From an uncultured archaeon (GTDB lineage Archaea; Thermoproteota; Nitrososphaeria; Nitrososphaerales; Gagatemarchaeaceae), in assembly GCA_963799775.1 (NCBI GenBank), contig CAWCYD010000003.1, forward strand, positions 576,001 through 640,000: DNA of 64,000 nt, written 5' to 3'. The notes below the pieces were generated by a model that made no database searches, had not been told where the DNA came from, and was given only the letters and a program-made list of their open reading frames with translations. Position numbers and translations under genes: made by a program. The first letter of the stretch is position 1, and each line of letters opens with the position of its first letter. Of the stretch, positions 57,519 to 64,000 are shown piece by piece.

Positions 57519-58715
57519 CTAGGTCGCCTCTGCCTGGTACACGACGCTGTTCCCTAGCGACGAGGAGACGACGAACGAGTAGGTGTGACCGTGCGTCGGC
57601 GTGAAGGTGAGCGTGGTGTGAGGTATCTCCACAAAGGTGCCGACCTGGACGGTGGTGCTCACCGTCGTCTGGGACACGAAACTGCCTGATGTCGTGTCGG
57701 TGATGTAGACCGAGACAAGCGTCGTCTGGATGCTTCCTCCGTTTCTCACGTAGACGTCTGCTCCCGAAGTCGGTGCTGGCGAGGCTTGAATCGCATCGGC
57801 TTCCATGATCCACCTGTCAGACGAATCTGTGGTCGTCCCGAATGTCACTGTGCTAGAGGACTGGGTCGCGCTGACCACCTTGTACTCGAGGCTCGCTTCG
57901 GAGCCACCGACCCCGCCTCCATCCACCGGAGTAGTGACCAATGAGAAGCCAGAACCCGCGGTCTCTGTGGGAAAGCTCGCGTCACCGGCCGTCAAGACTC
58001 CCGCGAAGCCCAGGATCATGTCATTGGCGTCGGTGGTGGACACCCCGCTCGCTGTGGGTATCGAAGCCGTCGAGCCTGTGGCGCCCGCGGGGACGGAGAC
58101 GTTCGGGTCCCAGGGACTGGCAGTGTTCGCGCCTGAGATTCCAAACGCGATAATCGAGCAGTCGTCGGTGGCACCGCTGAGCGTTACCGTGATGGCTAAG
58201 CTGCTTAGAGGTGATGAGGCTATCGCATACCAGACTTCGGCATCCGAGTAGGGCGTTGCGCTCAGAGACCCTCCAGACCTCCTCAGGAAGGAGAGTCCTG
58301 CCGCAGTGACCCCGCTGGCCGCGATGGTGCGAAGCGGCCCACCCTGGTTCTCGTTCGACGCCAGAACGATGATTACGTCGTTCGAATGGACGGTCGTCAA
58401 GGTCGCCGAGCCGGAGGTTGTCCCAGAAGTGCAGGGGGCCGATTGCGTTGCCGCCCCGAAACAGCCAATGGCGTAGCCGTCAGGGGCGAGTGTTCCCACA
58501 GACCCTATCGTGAATGCGACCTGCTCGACCGTGAACGTCTCGGCTACAGCGTTTTGTTTTCCTTTCATCCCGGCTGAGTACCCTTGGCTGAAGGTCCGCA
58601 TCCCGGCGGATGCAAATCCGAAGATGATGACCCCAAGGCTGATGACGATGGCGAGCATCAGGATGACCCCGACGATCTCGCTCACGCCCCTCCGCCCCCG
58701 AGAAGGTGTCATCAT
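57519..58715 (-). CDS. Minor pilin with inserted beta-sandwich domain
   Basis: RRG/VSEIVGVILML; pilin C-terminal part VYVRNGG..SSLGN. Confidence 0.88.
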   Translation of the reverse strand: MMTPSRGRRGVSEIVGVILMLAIVISLGVIIFGFASAGMRTFSQGYSAGMKGKQNAVAETFTVEQVAFTIGSVGTLAPDGYAIGCFGAATQSAPCTSGTTSGSATLTTVHSNDVIIVLASNENQGGPLRTIAASGVTAAGLSFLRRSGGSLSATPYSDAEVWYAIASSPLSSLAITVTLSGATDDCSIIAFGISGANTASPWDPNVSVPAGATGSTASIPTASGVSTTDANDMILGFAGVLTAGDASFPTETAGSGFSLVTTPVDGGGVGGSEASLEYKVVSATQSSSTVTFGTTTDSSDRWIMEADAIQASPAPTSGADVYVRNGGSIQTTLVSVYITDTTSGSFVSQTTVSTTVQVGTFVEIPHTTLTFTPTHGHTYSFVVSSSLGNSVVYQAEAT

Positions 58716-59212
58716 GTCGCCTTCGCGAAGAACTCCACGCTGTTGCCTAGGTTCGAGGTTACGGTGAAGGAGTACGTCTGGCCGTGAACCGGGGTGAAAG
58801 CCACCGTCGCAGAGGGTATGGTGACGAAGGAGTTGACGTTCAAAGCTGTGCTGATGGCGAACTGGCCGACGAAGGTCGAGGTCGACTGGTCGACGACGTA
58901 TACTGACACGAGAGTCGATGCTATCGTCCCGACGTTCCGAACGTAGACGTTGGCACCGGCCGACCCGCTGAACGCGAAGGTCACCTGTTCGACGAGGAAG
59001 TGCTCGGACGCGGCGTTCCCCTGACCCGAGATCAACCCCGTAAAGCTTCCGGTCAGGGAGCTGAGGCCGCCGCTCGCGAAGGTGAAGACGATGATGCCCA
59101 GGGAGACCACGACCGCCACCAAGAGGAGGGTCGAGACGATCTCGCTGACCCCGCGCCTCTTGCGATAACTCCTGCCGATGGTGGAGGAGATGTGGAACCT
59201 CATCAAGAACAC
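58712..59212 (-). CDS. Minor pilin
   Basis: RRG/VSEIVSTLLL; VYVRNVG; SNLGN. Confidence 0.9.
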   Translation of the reverse strand: MFLMRFHISSTIGRSYRKRRGVSEIVSTLLLVAVVVSLGIIVFTFASGGLSSLTGSFTGLISGQGNAASEHFLVEQVTFAFSGSAGANVYVRNVGTIASTLVSVYVVDQSTSTFVGQFAISTALNVNSFVTIPSATVAFTPVHGQTYSFTVTSNLGNSVEFFAKAT

Positions 59213-59215
59213 CCC

Positions 59216-60220
59216 TTACTGTGAGGGCTTCGGCTGGCTCGAAGCCTCCAGCAGCGCCTTCACCTTCTGTACCGCCCCAGCGCCGTCACCGTCCTCTACC
59301 AGGGTGATGCCGTAACCCTCGTTGATCTGCTTCGCCGCGAGCGAGGCGGTAGGGATGGCGATGAGGATCGATAGCTTCGGCCGCAGGTCGTACGTCTTTG
59401 CGAAGAACGAGATCACGGCGGAGGGTTCCACTGCGACCGCGTCTACCGCTATCTGGATGGCAACGTCTGCGTTCTCGCCTCCCGGGCCCGTCTTCTTTCC
59501 GTAGACGTCTAGCGTGTGACTCGTCCCGGAGCGGCCTTGAAGAGTCGCTGGCGAGAGCACGTCGTACCCCATCGGACTCATCAGCTGGACGAGAGCTGGG
59601 GCGAGTATCAGGGCGTTCTTGAGCTGCGCCACCACCGAGGCCTCCACTGAATAGGAGTAGGCAGGGGCGAGCCTCAGGTCCGCTGTCCCGAACTCGTGCC
59701 CCTCCCTGCAAGTGAAGACGACCTTGGGGAGGCTCGTCTTGGTGAGGCAGTTCTGGCACTCGAACCACACGCCCGAGCTCCGCATCTCGTCGGCGCGGTG
59801 GATGGGCCTCTTGCAGTTGGGGCAGACGAGGAACCCCCCCTTGTCGAACTTGGAGTCGGCGTCGATGTACCCGCAGTAGAGGTGCTCGACGAGCGCCGTC
59901 TTCCTCATCCTCCTCGCCTTGCACTTTGTGCACTCGAGCTGGACGAGCGGGTCCGCCCTCATGTGCATGGGGCAGGTCACGAGGTCCTTGTAGGCGCCTT
60001 TCTTCATGATCCCGTCCTTGAGCATGTCCTCTATCCAGACCTCCGTCGCCTTTGTGTCGCCGATGACCTCCTCCGCCATGAGGTAGCGCACGAGCCCGTC
60101 CGGCCCCACCTCGGGCTCGAGAGACTTGCTGTCGACGATGAGCCTCCGAAGGAGCTCCCTCGTCTTCGGGTCGGTGAGGAGCTTCTGCCTCCCCGTCCCG
60201 TTCTCGGATGACACTTGCAT
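59216..60220 (-). CDS. TackOD1-like multi-Zn-ribbon protein with C-terminal restriction-endonuclease-like domain
   Basis: CPMH, CTKC, EHLYCGY, CPNC, CQNC, CREGH; GRSGTSHTLDV. Confidence 0.75.
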   Translation of the reverse strand: MQVSSENGTGRQKLLTDPKTRELLRRLIVDSKSLEPEVGPDGLVRYLMAEEVIGDTKATEVWIEDMLKDGIMKKGAYKDLVTCPMHMRADPLVQLECTKCKARRMRKTALVEHLYCGYIDADSKFDKGGFLVCPNCKRPIHRADEMRSSGVWFECQNCLTKTSLPKVVFTCREGHEFGTADLRLAPAYSYSVEASVVAQLKNALILAPALVQLMSPMGYDVLSPATLQGRSGTSHTLDVYGKKTGPGGENADVAIQIAVDAVAVEPSAVISFFAKTYDLRPKLSILIAIPTASLAAKQINEGYGITLVEDGDGAGAVQKVKALLEASSQPKPSQ

Positions 60221-60228
60221 CTACTATC

Positions 60229-61101
60229 TCAACTCACTAGGATCGTGAAGACCACTATGTTCAGGACTGCGAGGATTATCACGTGCTTGAACCCAGCGGC
60301 GAAGGAGGCCTCGCCGAGCTTGCCCGCTCCAAGCCCGCCGAAGACGGACTCCATCAGGCCCATCTGGAGGAACGCCTGTTTCAGAGCGGGGAGGTTGAGA
60401 CCGCCCAGTCCCGCGAAAATCGAGCCGCCCCCCTGGCTGAGCTTGGTGTTCGAAGCGAATATCTTCGCAAAGAAAGTATCGAGAAGCACCACCGATATGG
60501 CTAGGAATATGCCCACGGCGATGTAGATCGTCGCGATGTATGGCCTCAGAGTGTTCTTTCGCTCCTTCTCTATCTGGTGAAGCTCCGTCGTGTGGCGCTG
60601 GATGGCATCGAGGACGTCCTGGATGTTTCCCCCGGAGATGCTGGCCTGAGCGAGGGAAGCGAAGGTGCGCTTCGCCAACTGAGAGTCGACCCTCCGCACT
60701 TGGCCCTTCATGACCTGCTCGAAGGTCAGACCCCACGAGAGCTGGATCTTGTCCGTCCTGAGCTCTTCCGTCAGAGGCCCGTAGTCCGTTTCGGCCGCGA
60801 TCTCCATCGCCCTCGTCATGTTGAAGCCGCTCCTGACGCTGCCGGCGACGTCCGCGAGCATGTCCGGGATGCTGTCGTCTATCTTCGTGTACCACCTGTT
60901 GTAGGATCTCTCAGCCAGACCGGGGAAGATGAAGCAGCCGATTGCAGCGAGTATCGACATCGTGGCGACCGGGAAGGGAAGCGGGATCTTGAAGACGAGG
61001 TTCGCCACTAGGAGCAAGCTAGCGGCCGCCGCGGCGCATGCCGTGGTGACGCCGTAGAGGAGGGGCCTGCGGTAGTGGAACTCGCGAAGCTTCATCGTCA
61101 C
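60229..61101 (-). CDS. Type IV pilus membrane platform protein (T2SS-F/TadC-like)
   Basis: IDDSIPDMLADVA..G, YGPL, SGGN, GLGAGKLGE. Confidence 0.92.
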   Translation of the reverse strand: MTMKLREFHYRRPLLYGVTTACAAAAASLLLVANLVFKIPLPFPVATMSILAAIGCFIFPGLAERSYNRWYTKIDDSIPDMLADVAGSVRSGFNMTRAMEIAAETDYGPLTEELRTDKIQLSWGLTFEQVMKGQVRRVDSQLAKRTFASLAQASISGGNIQDVLDAIQRHTTELHQIEKERKNTLRPYIATIYIAVGIFLAISVVLLDTFFAKIFASNTKLSQGGGSIFAGLGGLNLPALKQAFLQMGLMESVFGGLGAGKLGEASFAAGFKHVIILAVLNIVVFTILVS

Positions 61102-62030
61102 GCGACCTCCTTGCCAACGGTCGAGTCGGCTATCACGAGCACACTTAGCCCGCCCAAGGGGACCAGTGCGTAGGTGATGAGGTAGATCAGCGTCAGGATG
61201 CTAAAGCCGCCGATGCTCCCTGAGATTATGCCGATGACCGAGAACATGATGAGGAGCAGCAACGGGGTGACCACCAGGAGGATGGTGTAGAGCTCAGCGA
61301 CGAAGCCCACCGACTCGCCTATGCTGCGGGCCTTTAGCCTCTTGTCGAGCATGAGGGAGGCCGCAGTCCTCAAGAGGTAGGCCTTCACCTCGCCGCCGGT
61401 CCTAGAAGCTGAGATGAATCCGTCGAGAAAGTCGGAGAACCTCTCAGAGGGGGATCGCTTCTGCTCCGCCTCGAGAGCGTGCTCCAGGTCCATCCCTAGG
61501 AGCGACATGTCCCTCACTATCATCTTGGCCTCCTCGTTCACCACGTCTGCCGACTCCTCCTCGGCGAGAGAGTGGAACATCTTCTCGGGGGTGAGGCCGG
61601 CCGACGCCAGCACTGCCATGTGCCCCACGGTGAAGGAGAGCTGGGAGTCCAGCTTCCGCCCCCGCGAGTTCGCCGTGAACTGGGGGTAGATGTAGAAGAC
61701 CGAGAAGGTCAGGGCGCCTGCCAGGAGCGCGAAGCCGAAAGGCATGAGCAGACGGAAGAACAGGAAAGTGTTGAGGTAGAAGGCGATGAGGAAACCGGTC
61801 AGCGCACCGCCTATGATGGCGAGCATCGAGGCTACCACGGTCCCTGCGACGTATGCCTTGTAGGTGATCCGCATGCCCGCCTTTGAGAGGGTCGGGTCCA
61901 GGTCGGCGAAGTAGGTCTCAAACCTGGCGAGATACGGCTGCATGAGGATGTAGGACATCCCCCAGAAGCCTGCCGCCATCGAGGAGCCCTTTGCCTTCAC
62001 TGCCTTCGTCTTGACCGCCTTGGCCTTCAA
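61098..62030 (-). CDS. Type IV pilus membrane platform protein (T2SS-F/TadB/FlaJ-like)
   Basis: LSKAGMRI, MAVLASAG, LGMD..AL..SPS..F..GF; TTG start overlaps the ATPase stop. Confidence 0.9.
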   Translation of the reverse strand: MKAKAVKTKAVKAKGSSMAAGFWGMSYILMQPYLARFETYFADLDPTLSKAGMRITYKAYVAGTVVASMLAIIGGALTGFLIAFYLNTFLFFRLLMPFGFALLAGALTFSVFYIYPQFTANSRGRKLDSQLSFTVGHMAVLASAGLTPEKMFHSLAEEESADVVNEEAKMIVRDMSLLGMDLEHALEAEQKRSPSERFSDFLDGFISASRTGGEVKAYLLRTAASLMLDKRLKARSIGESVGFVAELYTILLVVTPLLLLIMFSVIGIISGSIGGFSILTLIYLITYALVPLGGLSVLVIADSTVGKEVA

Positions 62031-64000
62031 GGCTTGAGCCCCTCCAACTCGACCTTGGCCTTGTTGATGACGGCGTAGGGTCCCGCGTAGAACTCCCTCA
62101 CTTGGTCGGAGACCTCCGTGTGGCTGCGGATGTTCTTCGCTACCAGCCAGTCGAGGAACACCCTCCGTCCGTCGATCTCTCTCCGGATCTCCTCGGGCCG
62201 GGGCCCCGAACCTCGTCGTGATCTTGTCGAAGAGCTTGCTGCGGCCGGTGAAGGAGAACTTGTCGACCACCGGGTCCCATTTGAAGGCGTCGTTGAGGAT
62301 TATCTCACCGGTGCGGGTATCGTGCCCGACGACCTCGGTCACTGCGACGACCCTCCTCACAGACCTGTCGGCGAGACGGATCTTCAGCTGCATGACTATG
62401 CAGTCCAGGGTCGTCCCCACGAGGCTTCTCGGGATGTTCATCGGCTCTGTGGTGAGCCTGTTGATCACCGCCTCCACGGAGTCGGCGTGGATAGTCCCAA
62501 GGCCTCCGTGGCCGGTCGAGATGGACTGCATGAGCGTGAAGGCCTCTTCTCCCCTGATCTCTCCCACTATGAGGACGTCCGGGCGCTGCCTGAGGGAAGC
62601 CTTCAGGAGGTCGAACATGGTGATCTCGCTCGCGGTGCCCACTCCCCTAGTGACAGACTGGATCCAGTTCTCGTGTGGTAAATTTAATTCAGGAGTATCC
62701 TCGACCGACACTATCTTTTCTCCGGGCTCGATGAACATCGAGAGCGCATTCAGGGTGGTCGTGTTGTGTAGGAAGACGCCTCCTGAACCGCCAACGAAGT
62801 TCTCCGCTCCCGGTACTTCCAAGTCGTAGACGAACTCGCCATCGTACTCAACCTCACTGACGTCGACCACCTCGTCCCAGAAGATGTCAGAGTAGGCGAG
62901 ATTGAGGAGCCTCTGCGCGACCGAATCCTGTGCGCCCGTAACCTTGACGAAGGAGAGCAGCGTGTTCCGACTCATTGACTTGTTTTTGGTCGGGGACCAA
63001 TATGAATGCCAGTTGCTCCAGACTTCTTTCTTCTCCTTGCCGCCCTTGAATGCCAAGGCCTCCTTGAGCAGCGGGGCGATTCCAGGAATTGTGTCCACAT
63101 TGGTGTGAGGATGAACCTCGGCCTGGACAGCCGCCCTCAGCTTGGATTGGCGTGGACTATCCAGGAACCCGATTGATTCCTCGAATTTCCTGAGGTTCGC
63201 TTGTCCAAAAATTGATATCCTGTGATAAGTTTTCCCATCGACAACTTTCGGCGCTTTGCGAGCTACAATGTCGAACCGCAAGAGAACGTACTGCAGCTGG
63301 TAAGCGAGCTCCTCGCTCTTCGTCGTGGCCTCGATGACTGCTCCCGCAGACGCGTCCCCAGTGAAATAGCCGCGGAGAAACTCGGCAAGAATCTGGTTGC
63401 TGTCTTCCAAGACGAAGGAGGGGATTCTCTTGCTGGCCGAACCACTCCCCTTCCCGAACATCGCAGCTACGATGCTCTTCACCACGCTCGAATTGAAATC
63501 AATCCTTGTCCTGTCCGATCCCTTGCTGGGCTTGCCCTTTATCCCAAAGGCCCTGAAAGCTGAATCGATCATGTCCTCCCTGGTCCTCGCATCTAGTTGG
63601 AACAGGGAGAGGCCCTTTTCCTGATACATCCCTTCGGCGGCCCAGAACCCAAGGAATCTAGCCAGAGGCTTCGAAACAGAAAGAGATGCAGGGACCCTGA
63701 AGGTGGCGTTCGTCTTGGCTCTTATCCAGAGCGACTTGGTTTCGACCGCAATCCCAGCTGCGTCCATTAGCGAGAGGAACCCCTTGACTGGTGCAACGAG
63801 GAATGCGCGACTGATTCCTTCTCTGATGGTGCGGACTCTGATCCCAACGAGCTTGGAGGCTTCAGCTTGGCCGAGTTTCTCGACTCCCATACGAACGTAA
63901 TCTGCTACGTTCTCGACGTAGAACTGCGTCTTGGCGTCTCGAAGCAGCTTGAGCAGGTCGATGCTTCCTACGGCCGGCAGGGCATCGGGGAGATACCTTG
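62027..64000 (-). CDS. Type IV pilus assembly ATPase with intein (5' end outside window), frameshift near 62200
   Basis: TTTLNAL, VEDTPEL, LRQRPDVLIVGEIRGEE, STGHGG; corrected tail EIRREIDGRRVFLDWL..ELEGLKP*. Confidence 0.92.
62763..64000 (-). mobile_element. Intein with LAGLIDADG endonuclease in pilus ATPase Walker A (partial)
   Basis: FLGFWAAEG, FLRGYFTGDA, VYDLEVPGAENF..LHN followed by Thr. Confidence 0.92.

Noticed and set aside
61098-63890. 930-aa ATPase-TadC fusion in the ORF track
   Set aside because: An extra base near 62200 shifts the frame. The corrected ATPase stops at 62027 and the membrane gene starts at 62030.
120-63900. Numerous antisense and alternate-frame ORFs in the track
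   Set aside because: Arg/Pro-rich shadows of genuine genes in GC-rich DNA, without motifs.
1-64000. Many split genes (ATPases, pilin, PINs, UbiA, polyprenyl synthase, DAO, surface protein) read as pseudogenes or programmed frameshifts
   Set aside because: Single-base indels are spread evenly over unrelated genes whose motifs are otherwise intact, typical of long-read consensus error. Read-level data are needed to call any of them real.

Overview
Archaeal genomic DNA. TackOD1, archaeal class III signal peptides, KaiC-like ATPases and HTH_45 regulators point to a TACK/Nitrososphaerota-like lineage (inference). The window is a cell-surface and signalling supercluster bounded by two type IV pilus assembly ATPases, both truncated by the window edges. 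It encodes 11 prepilin-type proteins plus one relic, and a pilin-flanked glycan-modification cassette (GT-C, UDP-sugar dehydrogenase, epimerase, GT2, three methyltransferases, carbamoyltransferase). It also encodes an intein-containing MoxR ATPase with a vWA partner, five KaiC-like ATPases and a 7TM receptor fused to an inactive KaiC-like domain. These signalling genes are interleaved with polyprenyl synthase, UbiA-family and CruF-like genes. Eight toxin-antitoxin-like pairs and two relics are scattered through the locus. Many single-base frameshifts look like assembly errors. Two candidate novel systems stand out: (1) an isoprenoid signal synthesis/7TM-KaiC sensing module with shared upstream elements, and (2) TA modules repeatedly bracketed by diverged duplicates of the neighbouring gene's end, suggesting integrase-free insertion by gene-end replacement. 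No rRNA, tRNA, CRISPR array, transposase or integrase was recognised.
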